From: Ostreococcus lucimarinus
Taxonomy: Eukaryota
Length of the DNA stretch: 64,000 nucleotides
NCBI GenBank assembly: GCA_000092065.1
Contig: CP000595.1
Reading direction: 5' to 3' (one strand)
The position numbers and the translations under genes are program-made. Position 1 is the stretch's first letter, and the number at the start of each line of letters is the position of its first letter. The notes under the pieces are model-generated. The model saw nothing but the letters and a program-made list of their open reading frames with translations. It was not told the origin of the DNA and did no database searches. Positions 1 through 8,884 of this stretch are shown here, piece by piece.

Positions 1-1374
1 GGCAAAGTTCATGGCGCTGTCCACGTCCCCGCCCGAGTGCGTGGTCTTTAAAACCCACAAGTAATGTTTGAAAGAATCGATCATTTGCGGCATGTGGAAC
101 GCGGGGCCGTGGATGCCGTCCGAGCGCCAACCCGCCTTCATACCGGCCAAATCTTCTCGCGTCAAGCCGGCGTTATCCCACAAGTGCGCCCAGAAATCGT
201 CCCAGTTACCGGTGTGCAAAAAGTGCAGGTATGCCTCGCAAATCTTCACATCATCGGGCGTGGTGTTAGAGTGAAGCTTTTGATGCCACTGCGCGATGAA
301 CGGATCCTCGATTCCCGGACGATGTCCCTCTTTGATGCCGTGCGTTCGCATGATGTTCAAGATGCCCATGCGAATATCGTCGCCGTTGCCTCCTCCGCGC
401 GGTAAGAATGCGAGCGAGGCGCGCATGAGTCCGCGCGACGTGGCGTCCGGCGCCGTCGTCGCCGCGTGCGCGATGCGTCCCGCCAAGCGCTCTTGCTTGC
501 TCGCCATGTCCTTGCCCTGGTAATTGTTCCCGGCGTACCAGTGCAACTGGCGCAGCGAGCTCAGGCGCAACCACGCGTAGACGAGCGCCGCACCCTCGGG
601 CCCGATCGCCAACGCGGCGTCCAGGGCGTCGTCAACCATGCAAAATCGCGTGAACAAGTTCACGCTCCCACCCTCGTGCTCGGCGGCGCGTCGCGCCAAC
701 GATTCCGCGCCCGCCGCGCCGCCGCCGCCGCCCGCCGCGGATTCTCTCACCCTCATCTCCACGTCCCCGTCCTCCGCGTGCGCCCAAAACTCTCCGCACA
801 CGACGATCCCGACGATCGACCCAACGTTTCTCAACCCCTCGACGTCCCCTTCGCTCGCGTTCGAGCAATCCATCTCCAACGTCAGCGTCCCGCTCGCGTC
901 GAACGCGCTCCTCGACGCGATCCCGTCCCCGAAATCCCTACTCCCCGTCCTCGCCTCCAGCCCGCGCGGCGCCTTCGCCCACGACCCATCGCCATCGACC
1001 GCCCGCGTCGCCCAGTGCAGTTCGACCTCGCCTCTCGCGCACCGCTCCAGGAGCGCGTCGTCCGCCGCCCGCAGCGTCGCCGTCGTCGTCCCGTTCGCGC
1101 GCGTCCGCGTCTCCACTCGCACCGCGTGCCCCCCCGCGAGCGCGTGCGTCGTCTCGCGGACCACGTCCGGGACGTCCGCCTTTTTTTCGCGCGCGCCGGC
1201 GCCTCGTCCGACGCGCGCGCGCGTCCCGGCGTCGATCGCGCCGCGCGCCGTGGATAGCGTTCCTCGCGAAGATCGCGTCGCGCGGCGCGCCGTCGCGCGG
1301 TCGATCGTCGCGCGCGCCGCGTCCGCGCGCGCGAACGTCGCGCGCGTCGCGTCGCGCGCGAGAGAGACGCGCAT
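1..1374 (-). CDS. alpha-glucan water dikinase (GWD)-like protein, N-terminal part; gene continues past the left window edge
   Basis: Minus-strand frame is open from about 1374 to base 1 and is not in the ORF track because it has no stop in the window. Translation contains WHQKLHSNTTPDDVKICEAYLHFL and LVYAWLRLSSLRQLHWYAGNNYQ (conserved GWD central region) and a CBM45-like VELHWATRAVDGDGSWAKAP. The N-terminus MRVSLARDATRATF... is Ala/Arg/Ser/Thr-rich and resembles a transit peptide. The true start is uncertain. Confidence 0.55.
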   Translation of the reverse strand, partial: MRVSLARDATRATFARADAARATIDRATARRATRSSRGTLSTARGAIDAGTRARVGRGAGAREKKADVPDVVRETTHALAGGHAVRVETRTRANGTTTATLRAADDALLERCARGEVELHWATRAVDGDGSWAKAPRGLEARTGSRDFGDGIASRSAFDASGTLTLEMDCSNASEGDVEGLRNVGSIVGIVVCGEFWAHAEDGDVEMRVRESAAGGGGGAAGAESLARRAAEHEGGSVNLFTRFCMVDDALDAALAIGPEGAALVYAWLRLSSLRQLHWYAGNNYQGKDMASKQERLAGRIAHAATTAPDATSRGLMRASLAFLPRGGGNGDDIRMGILNIMRTHGIKEGHRPGIEDPFIAQWHQKLHSNTTPDDVKICEAYLHFLHTGNWDDFWAHLWDNAGLTREDLAGMKAGWRSDGIHGPAFHMPQMIDSFKHYLWVLKTTHSGGDVDSAMNFA

Positions 1375-1516
1375 CGCGCGCGCGCGCGTCGTCGGTCGCG
1401 GTGTGACGATTCGCTTCGACGAATCGAATCGTCAGAGCGCGACGCCGCGCCGCGCGGACGCGTCGACGCGCGGCGCGACGCGACGGCGACGCGCGCGGTC
1501 CTCCGCGGCGTTTCGC

Positions 1517-1726
1517 ATGTGCGGCGCGTGCCGCGCGCGGCGCGCGAGCGCGAGAGAGACGACGACGCGCGCGGAATTCTGCGCGCCGTGTCGCGACGGC
1601 GCGAGAGCGACGACGACGCGCGCGACGCGCGTCGCGGACGGGGCGTCGTTCGACGTCGTCGTGTGCGGCGCGGGCGCGGCGGGGACGTCGTTCGCGCGGA
1701 CGTACCTGGAGACGACGGCGCGGGGT

Positions 1727-1766
<40 letters not shown>

Positions 1767-3241
1767 CGCGCGGCGCGAGGCTGCTGCTGCTCGATCGCGG
1801 CGGATGCGCGAAGACGGTCGAGCGCGTGGAGCGCGTGACGCGGCGGGCGTCGGTGTACGGCGCGCGGGAGAGCGCGCTGGGGGCGCTGGAGGCGCTGGGG
1901 GCGCGGACGGCGACGGCGAGCGTCGCGGCGTGCGACGCCGAGTCGAAGACGTTGACGCTGGACGACGGCGCGCGCGTGCGGTACGGCGCGCTGTGCGTCG
2001 CCACGGGGGCGACGCCGCGATGTCCGCTGCCGGAGGCGAGCGATGGAGCGGTCGACGCGCACGAGGTGCGAGACGTGGAGAGCGCGGACGCGCTGGCGAG
2101 ACGGTTGAGCTCGATGACGGCGACGGCGAGCGCGGATTCGGATTCAAAGACGAAACGGATCGCGATCGCGGGGAACGGAGGGATCGCGCTCGAGCTCGTC
2201 GACGCGCTCTGTGTGCGAGGTTTGCGCGCGCGAGGGTTGGAGGCGTGCGAATTGGTGTGGTTGGTGAAACACGGCGAAGTCGGCGACGCCTTTTTCGACG
2301 TCGACGCCGCGGATTTCTTGCTGCGCGCGCTCGACGCGAGACGGCGAGACGGCGAGGCGAAAGACGACGACGGCGCGGACGTGGACTGGGACTCACCGAC
2401 GCCCGAACGCGGTGCCGGACGATCGACGAAGAAGCGCGCGCGAGGGCGCGAATCAGGCGCCGCCGCCGGTCCGGATTGGCTCGACAGATTTAGAGCGAAG
2501 AGCGCGGCGGACGACGCGCGCGCGCCTCTCAGCCGCATGAAGCTTCGCGTGCTGAAAAATGTGTGCATACGCGAAGCGCGTAAAGACGCAAACACCGGCG
2601 TCAACGTATTGACGCTGAGCGATGGGACGACGATCGAGGTGGACGCCGTCGTCGCCGCCGCGGGCGTCGAGCCGAGATGCGATTGGCTCGACGAAGTCGC
2701 CGCGCCGAGGTCGAAATCAGACGGCGGTATACTCGTCGATGCGTGCATGCGCACCGTAGGACCGTACGGCGACTCAATATTTGCCGTCGGCGACGCGTGC
2801 ACGATGTCGGCGCGCGCGTCGAACCCAGAGACGCCGTGGTTTCAAATGCGACTGTGGAGCCAGGCGGCGCAAACAGGCGCCTTCGCCGCGAAAGTCGCCG
2901 TGGGCGTCTGCGACGCCGACGCCCTCGGATTCAATTTCGAAATCTTTACCCACGTCACCAGGTTTTTCGGTCTCAAAGTCATCTTGCTCGGGCTGTACAA
3001 CGCCCAGAAGCTCGACGACGTCCCGGCGAACGAGGTGACGACGTACCAGCGCGAGTCGCTCGCCGACGCGACGTACGTGCGCGTGCTCCTCGTCCGCGGT
3101 CGCATGATGGGCGCCGTGCTCGTCGGCGACACCGATCTCGAGGAAACTTTCGAAAACCTAATCTTAGACGGCGTCGATCTATCGCGTTTCGGTCCGAGTT
3201 TACTCGATCCCGAGCTCGACTTGGAGGATTATTTCGACTGA
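1517..3241 (+). CDS. PYROXD1-like pyridine nucleotide-disulfide oxidoreductase (FAD/NAD(P)-binding), copy 1
   Basis: Rossmann motif FDVVVCGAGAAG is present. The C-terminal block WFQMRLWSQAAQTGAFAAKV...FEIFTHVTRFFGLKVILLGLYNAQ...RGRMMGAVLVGDTDLEETFENLILDGVDLS...LLDPELDLEDYFD matches the PYROXD1 C-terminal domain almost motif for motif. Start is taken at MCGACRAR. The upstream part of ORF 638..3241 is antisense to the GWD gene and is rejected. Confidence 0.75.
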
Positions 3242-3323
3242 CGCGACGCGCGAGACGAGCGAGAAACGAATGAAATCAAATGACAATCAACCCTAGACAA
3301 CTACCACCGTCCGACGCCCGCGC

Positions 3324-3674
3324 TCAGTGCGGTTTCGGCACGAACCCGTCCACCGCGAAATTCCGCGTCGCGCGCGGTAAAATCACGACGCATCCCTCCA
3401 ACGCTCCGCGCTCCAGCGTCACCTGACACCCCAACCTCGACGTCGCCGTCAACCCGTACGCCAAATCTAACATGTCGTTCTCGTCGTCGCACGCCTCCGG
3501 CAGCGTCTCGAACACTTTTTCGTCCTCGAACACGACGTGGCACGTGGAACACGCGAGCGAGCCCTCGCACGCGCCCTCGAGCTCGACGTCGTGCCGGTGC
3601 GCCGTCTCCAGCAGGTTCTCGCCAATCAATCCGCGCACCGCGCGTCGCTCACCGTCGCGCTCGACGAACGTCAC
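3324..3674 (-). pseudogene. truncated adrenodoxin-type [2Fe-2S] ferredoxin fragment (duplicate lacking N-terminus and ATG)
   Basis: Encodes the same C-terminal 116 aa as the full gene at 10442..11047, including CEGSLACSTCHVVFEDE and LGCQVTL. It starts at a GTG, the in-frame upstream sequence has no ATG, and the duplication boundary (about 3727) cuts off the presequence. Confidence 0.6.
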
Positions 3675-4283
3675 CTCGATCGAGTTCTCGGGCGTGAGTT
3701 TCGTCTTTTTGTCCGCGCCGTGCGCGACCGTGATCCCGGCTCGTCCACGTGGCGCGTACGAATAAGAATGAGAATGAGAATGCGCGGCGATCGAGCGTCT
3801 TCGTTCGCGCGGTCGCGTCCCCGCGCTCGGCCGCTCGTGCGTTCGCGCGCGTTCGCGGTCGAGTCGATCACCGGACGACGCGTTCGTTCGCGCGTCGTCG
3901 AGTGCGGCGACCGAGGGCCGTCGCGCCCGGTGATGCGATGTCCACGTGGGATCGTGGAATATCTGGCTGTGTGCGTAAACAGTGACGGGGGGCTTCTCGG
4001 ATCGACCCCGCGGCCCGTGGGGAGAGGGGCATGGTGTTGGATGGTGTGTACGCGAAACGTGTGTGCATCATACGTATATTGACCCAAAGGTATCTATCAC
4101 GTGTAAAGGTACTAATGTGTGTGTGAAATTCAATGATGGGTCATGACTCGAGAACGGGGGGGGGAGGCACACCCGGGATGCGCGCCGATTCTTATCGACA
4201 GAGGAGGACGAGGAGGACGATTGGCGCGCGCGTCGCGTTCGATGGAAAACCGATGTCGTATGACAAACAGATAAAAACGTTAT

Positions 4284-5918
4284 TTAGTGCGCGTGCCCGT
4301 GCGAGTGGCCGCCGCCGCCGCCGGCTGTGCAGTGCTTGTGGTTGAGGAGCACGAGACTGACGGCGACGACGCCGACGACGAACGTCAAGAGGCTCGCCGC
4401 GCGAAGACGAGACGTAGTGGCGCTCACCGAAACTCGCGGCATACACTCCGCGGCAGCGATTTGTAGATAGATTCCAGCGCCAAAGGCGAGCAAAAGTCCG
4501 TGCCAGAAGTCGTTGTTACTTCCAGATCCAACGCTGATGAGAACGCCGAGGATGACGCTCACGCCGGAGATGAAGTTCATGAACAGCGAGCGAAACGGCG
4601 TGAGATCGCCCTGGAAGGGATCCGTGAGTACCAAATAGTCGGCGAGCTCTTGCGCGATTTCGTGATAGACGGTCGCGGCGGTGATCGACCATCCCATGGT
4701 CTTTCCACAGTTCAGGAAACCGAATCCGATGAAGATGCCATCCACGAGGTTGTGCATGAAATCTCCGAGGATGATGCCGCTTCGAACGCGATACTTGTGC
4801 GAGTGGCACGTTTCGCAATCTTCTTGAACGCCTTTGATCGCGTTCTCCGCGTCGATCGTCTTCGTCTCGGCTAAACGAGAAGGGAACGCGATGGAGATGC
4901 CCAAATCGATGATGTACGCCACGAGAAAGCCAAAGACGGACGCGGACGCCCACCACGCGGTTTGTTGCGACTCATCCGAACCGGCGGGTTTGATCAAATG
5001 CGTGGCTTCGTACAACATCAGATAGAACGCAGCCGAAAGAAGTGCACCGGCGGCAAAGGAGTTAATGATGCAACTCACGAATTCGGGGTACGCTTTCTGC
5101 TTCTTCGCGAAGCTCGGAGAGAGAAAGATGACGCCGGAAAGCGTGACGATGTTGACGATGATCGCCGCCCCGATGGCGTCGGACCACGGTTTTGATTTCT
5201 TTGTAGTCACCGTTTCGGGAAGCGAAGCCACTGGCTCCACGTCATCCCCGTTGACATCCTTGAGATAGTGCGTATCGCGCTCGAACTCGGTGGGAACGTG
5301 CTCGGCGAAAATCGAGACGGCGGCGACGCCAGTCGTATCAATCTTAAACGACGACGTGTGCCAAGCGTTATCAAATTGAAGTTTGACGCATCCACTCCCG
5401 GGCGTCAAAACGCTGTTTCGCGTTTTAACCGTCGTGCACGCCGTCTCGAGCGCGGCCTCGCCCGCGTCCTCGCGAGCCTCGAGCTCTTCGTGTCCGGCGG
5501 CGGTTTCGGCGTAGATGACCATCTTCATGGTCGCGTCCGCGTACTGGTCCTTCACCTTTTCCGCCTGCCACACGTACGCATCGTCCGGAGTCTCAAAGAT
5601 CCCCGCCCATTCGAACGAGTGCGCGTGCGCGCCGGACGCGAGCGCGCCGCGCGCCGCGAGCGCGCTCGAGACGACCGCCGCGCCTCCGAGCGCGGCGCCC
5701 ATCCTCCATCCGCCTCCTCGTCGTCGTCGTCGTCGTCCCGCGCCCGCGGTCGCGTCTCGCGTCGTCATCGCGTCGCGCATCGTCTCGTCTATCGTCTCGT
5801 GCATCGTCTCGTTCGTCGTCGTCGTCGTCGTCGCGCGTCGTCGAGTGCGGCGACCGCGCGCGCCGGCATCGCGACGAGACGACTCGAACCGGCGCGAGGG
5901 GGGTACTTCTCGAGTCAT
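4284..5918 (-). CDS. ZIP-family metal (zinc) transporter, LIV-1-like subtype
   Basis: TM4 motif HNLVDGIFIGFGF and TM5 motif YHEIAQELADYLVL (HExxxExxD) are present. There is a His-rich C-terminal tail GGGGGHSHGHAH and a long extracellular N-domain. A probable signal peptide MGAALGGAAVVSSALAARGALASG suggests the true start is at about 5702. Confidence 0.8.
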   Translation of the reverse strand: MTREVPPSRRFESSRRDAGARGRRTRRRATTTTTTNETMHETIDETMRDAMTTRDATAGAGRRRRRRGGGWRMGAALGGAAVVSSALAARGALASGAHAHSFEWAGIFETPDDAYVWQAEKVKDQYADATMKMVIYAETAAGHEELEAREDAGEAALETACTTVKTRNSVLTPGSGCVKLQFDNAWHTSSFKIDTTGVAAVSIFAEHVPTEFERDTHYLKDVNGDDVEPVASLPETVTTKKSKPWSDAIGAAIIVNIVTLSGVIFLSPSFAKKQKAYPEFVSCIINSFAAGALLSAAFYLMLYEATHLIKPAGSDESQQTAWWASASVFGFLVAYIIDLGISIAFPSRLAETKTIDAENAIKGVQEDCETCHSHKYRVRSGIILGDFMHNLVDGIFIGFGFLNCGKTMGWSITAATVYHEIAQELADYLVLTDPFQGDLTPFRSLFMNFISGVSVILGVLISVGSGSNNDFWHGLLLAFGAGIYLQIAAAECMPRVSVSATTSRLRAASLLTFVVGVVAVSLVLLNHKHCTAGGGGGHSHGHAH

Positions 5919-5943
5919 GACTCGATATTCATGAGAACACCAT

Positions 5944-5971
5944 GTGTCGACACCTCGCGAGGTGTCGACAC
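5944..5971. promoter_or_regulatory. 28-bp composite palindrome GTGTCGACAC-CTCGCGAG-GTGTCGACAC containing two ZDRE-like sites (RTGTCGACAY)
   Basis: Read directly from the sequence. It lies in the divergent promoter between the ZIP gene (minus) and the bZIP-like gene (plus). Confidence 0.5.
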
Positions 5972-6017
5972 GCGTGTCTTCGTACGTCCGCGCGCGACGA
6001 CGACGACGACGACGAGG

Positions 6018-6680
6018 ATGACGACCGTCGGCGGCGCCGCGCGACGTGACGATCGAGGCTCGGCGTTGCCTCCGCGATGCGTCGAGATCGCGCGCGAGTC
6101 GCCGTCGGCGTCGCCGTCTCGAAGGAAAACGCCCGCGAACGATCGCGCCGTCAATCGCGCCGCCGTGCGACGGTACCGCGAGCGCAAACGAATGGACGAG
6201 AAGGAGAGAATCGAGGAGTGCGAACGGTTGCGCGGGGAGAACGAGACGTTGAGACTGGCGTTGGAGACGTCACGAGCGGAGTTGAAACATTCGAGGTGGT
6301 TGTTGCGCGTCGTCGCGTGGAAGTACGACTTAGACTTGGCGGATATTCCGACGGAGAAACCGTCGACGTCGACGATGCCGCAAGGGAGGGTGAGAGGAAG
6401 CGATGCAAACGCGGTGTTTCCCGCGGGTGGGGTCCCCGCGCGGAACGACATCGCGCGACCGTTCGCCGCGCGCGGCGTCGCCGAGACGCGGCCTCGGAAA
6501 ATTCCTCGCGCAGCCGACGACGACGCGAAACCGGCGGGCGCGCCTGATGAACTCGAGCTCAAAGATTTCTTGGAGGAATACTTCACGCACGGCGACGCGT
6601 GCCCGTGCTACGAGATCACGGACGCGGACGCGCGCGCGGCGCCGACGCGCGGCGCCGACGCGCGGCACGCGTGGTTCTAG
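6018..6680 (+). CDS. small bZIP-like protein with C-terminal His/Asp/Cys-Pro-Cys motif (paralog A)
   Basis: Basic region NRAAVRRYRERKR (N-x7-R) is followed by a Leu heptad zipper, a conserved ELKHSRWLLRVVA block, and the C-terminal FLEEYFTHGDACPCYE. Start is taken at MTTVGG; the longer ORF 5268..6680 overlaps the ZIP gene and the palindrome. Confidence 0.6.
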   Translation: MTTVGGAARRDDRGSALPPRCVEIARESPSASPSRRKTPANDRAVNRAAVRRYRERKRMDEKERIEECERLRGENETLRLALETSRAELKHSRWLLRVVAWKYDLDLADIPTEKPSTSTMPQGRVRGSDANAVFPAGGVPARNDIARPFAARGVAETRPRKIPRAADDDAKPAGAPDELELKDFLEEYFTHGDACPCYEITDADARAAPTRGADARHAWF

Positions 6681-6869
6681 GTATGACGACACATTTACGT
6701 CACACGGTGAAACGTTTTACGCTTCTAATATTATATTATAAAGTTAGTCAACCTATATAGTTACACGCACCACATGATGTCACACGTGATGTGCACACGC
6801 GTATGTATTCGTACTGTGAGTACAATAAGCCTAACATTGTGTAAAATCCCGTGCCCACGATGATCGCGC

Positions 6870-6879
6870 GTGTCGACAC
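6870..6879. promoter_or_regulatory. ZDRE-like palindrome GTGTCGACAC upstream of the COG0523 gene
   Basis: Exact 10-mer about 75 bp upstream of the MADEQDQ ATG. A CACGTG G-box at about 6783 lies in the AT-rich region just upstream. Confidence 0.45.
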
Positions 6880-6952
6880 GAACAGACGGTTGGCCGAAAA
6901 GGCGAAAGGGTCGGCGGCTGTCGTCATCTCTCGACGAACGTTGGCGCTCGAC

Positions 6953-8167
6953 ATGGCGGACGAGCAAGACCAGACCTCGCGCGTGCCGGTGACCATTCTC
7001 ACCGGATTTCTCGGTTCCGGGAAGACGACGCTCCTCAATGAAATCTTGGAATCCGAAACGCACGGATTGCGCTTCGCGGTGATTGAAAATGAATTCGGAG
7101 AGGTGGGCGTCGACGAGAGGATTCTGTCGGAGAAGGCGGACGAAGAGATCATCGAGGTCATGAACGGTTGCATCTGCTGCACGGTGCGCGGTGATCTCGT
7201 GGTGGCGCTGAAAAAGCTCTACTCGAAGATCGCGCAGTTCGACGCCGTCATCATCGAGACGACGGGTTTGGCGGATCCGGCGCCGGTGGCGCAGACGTTC
7301 TTCGTCGACGATGACATTCGAGAAAAGTTTGTGCTCGACGGAATCATCACGGTCACGGACGCGAAGCACATCCTCACGCGGCTCGATGATGAAAAACCCG
7401 AGGGTGTGGAGAATGAAGCCGCCGAACAGGTCGCTTTTGCCGATCGGATACTCCTCAACAAGACCGACTTGGTGTCCGAAGACGAACTCGAAACCATCAC
7501 GGGCCGGATCAAGCAAATTAATCCGAGCGCCGATATCTTCCGATGCCAGTATTCCAAGGTTGATCCGAAAAATTTGATCGGAATCAATTCCTTCTCGCTC
7601 GAGAAGACCTTAAAAATGGATCCCGAATTCCTCAACACGGAGGGCGAGCATGAACACGACCCAACCGTGTCTTCGACGAGCACAAAATTCTCTGGGCACC
7701 TCAACATCAATAAATTAGAACGCTGGATAGGCGAAATAATTCAAACAATGGGTGCGGACTTGTTTCGGTACAAGGGTGTTCTTTCCGTTGCGGGCATGGA
7801 TCAAAAGTTTGTTTTCCAGGGCGTCGGCATGCTTTTCTCCGGCGGCTTCGTCGACGCCAAGTGGGGAGCCGACGAGGAGCGCGAATGCCGCTTCGTCTTC
7901 ATCGGTAAAAATCTGGACAAAGACGCCCTCATCAACGGTTTCATGGATTGCAAGTGTTCCTCGAAGCTTCGCTTCAAGGTGGGCGACGCGGTTCTCGCGC
8001 AGGTGGGCGCCGCCGACAACGACGGCTACTGCCGCGGCACCGTCCGTAAGACGTGGGACTCGGGCAACCCGTACCAGATCGAACTTGAAGACGGTAAAAA
8101 GACAAAAGTGTGGGGACCCGTCGACGAAGACGAGTTCGTCAAAGCTTCGCTCAGCGCCACCGCGTAA
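6953..8167 (+). CDS. COG0523 / CobW-family GTPase (ZNG1/ZCP-like zinc metallochaperone) with extra C-terminal domain
   Basis: Walker A motif GFLGSGKTT and the metal-binding motif GCICC are present, with a CobW C-terminal domain. The extra C-terminal module is KLRFKVGDAVLAQVG...YQIELEDGKKTKVWGPVDEDEF. Start is moved to MADEQDQ because the ZDRE-like site lies inside the annotated ORF start region. Confidence 0.85.
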   Translation: MADEQDQTSRVPVTILTGFLGSGKTTLLNEILESETHGLRFAVIENEFGEVGVDERILSEKADEEIIEVMNGCICCTVRGDLVVALKKLYSKIAQFDAVIIETTGLADPAPVAQTFFVDDDIREKFVLDGIITVTDAKHILTRLDDEKPEGVENEAAEQVAFADRILLNKTDLVSEDELETITGRIKQINPSADIFRCQYSKVDPKNLIGINSFSLEKTLKMDPEFLNTEGEHEHDPTVSSTSTKFSGHLNINKLERWIGEIIQTMGADLFRYKGVLSVAGMDQKFVFQGVGMLFSGGFVDAKWGADEERECRFVFIGKNLDKDALINGFMDCKCSSKLRFKVGDAVLAQVGAADNDGYCRGTVRKTWDSGNPYQIELEDGKKTKVWGPVDEDEFVKASLSATA

Positions 8168-8315
8168 ATGTCGTTTTGTATGAAATCAAATCAAAATTTT
8201 GACCAGTCATGAACCTTCGTGTACACACTCCTCCTTTAGCGCGAACACACACGCATAGTATAGATACAAAAAGACAAGGTAAAACCCATCCAACGCACTC
8301 GCACCGGCTCGCCGG

Positions 8316-8492
8316 CTCGCCTCGTCCGACGCGCGCGCGCGTCCCGGCGTCGATCGCGCCGCGCGCCGTGGATAGCGTTCCTCGCGAAGATCGCGTCGCG
8401 CGGCGCGCCGTCGCGCGGTCGATCGTCGCGCGCGCCGCGTCCGCGCGCGCGAACGTCGCGCGCGTCGCGTCGCGCGCGAGAGAGACGCGCAT
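8316..8492 (-). pseudogene. orphan 5' fragment of the GWD-like gene (first about 60 codons) carried in duplication copy 2
   Basis: ORF 8151..8492 begins MRVSLARDATRATF..., identical to the GWD N-terminus at 1198..1374, then reads into unrelated sequence. Confidence 0.4.
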
Positions 8493-8634
8493 CGCGCGCG
8501 CGCGCGTCGTCGGTCGCGGTGTGACGATTCGCTTCGACGAATCGAATCGTCAGAGCGCGACGCCGCGCCGCGCGGACGCGTCGACGCGCGGCGCGACGCG
8601 ACGGCGACGCGCGCGGTCCTCCGCGGCGTTTCGC

Positions 8635-8844
8635 ATGTGCGGCGCGTGCCGCGCGCGGCGCGCGAGCGCGAGAGAGACGACGACGCGCGCGGAATTCTGC
8701 GCGCCGTGTCGCGACGGCGCGAGAGCGACGACGACGCGCGCGACGCGCGTCGCGGACGGGGCGTCGTTCGACGTCGTCGTGTGCGGCGCGGGCGCGGCGG
8801 GGACGTCGTTCGCGCGGACGTACCTGGAGACGACGGCGCGGGGT

Positions 8845-8884
<40 letters not shown>

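Larger units (their letters stand above)
1198..3727. repeat. segmental duplication copy 1 (about 2.53 kb direct repeat, about 99.7% identical to 8316-10845)
   Basis: ORFs 638..3241 and 8209..10359 are identical except for two residues, and ORF 3324..3674 is identical to the C-terminal part of 10442..11047, all at a constant offset of 7118 bp. Read from the DNA, identity begins at gcctcgtccgacg and ends at gtgcgcga. Confidence 0.9.

Noticed and set aside
638-1516. N-terminal 290 aa of the 867-aa ORF 638..3241
   Set aside because: It is a low-complexity Pro/Ser/Ala-rich translation and is antisense to the well-supported GWD-like frame. The conserved oxidoreductase starts at the Rossmann motif near 1517, and copy 2 has an unrelated upstream sequence.
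1725-1766. (ggcgac)n hexanucleotide microsatellite (also at 8843-8884)
   Set aside because: It lies inside the oxidoreductase CDS and encodes a (Gly-Asp)6 linker. It is noted as a coding simple repeat and not as a separate element.
882-2802. Long minus-strand ORFs 882..2396, 938..2062 and 1432..2802, with twins at 8207..9514 and 8550..9920
   Set aside because: They are Arg/Ala/Ser-rich with no motifs, lie antisense to the oxidoreductase CDS, and are typical stop-codon-poor artefacts of about 65% GC DNA.
3537-4087. ORFs 3537..4082 (+) and 3671..4087 (-) at the duplication boundary
   Set aside because: No motifs and Arg-rich. The region is best explained as the ZIP gene 3' UTR plus the junction sequence.
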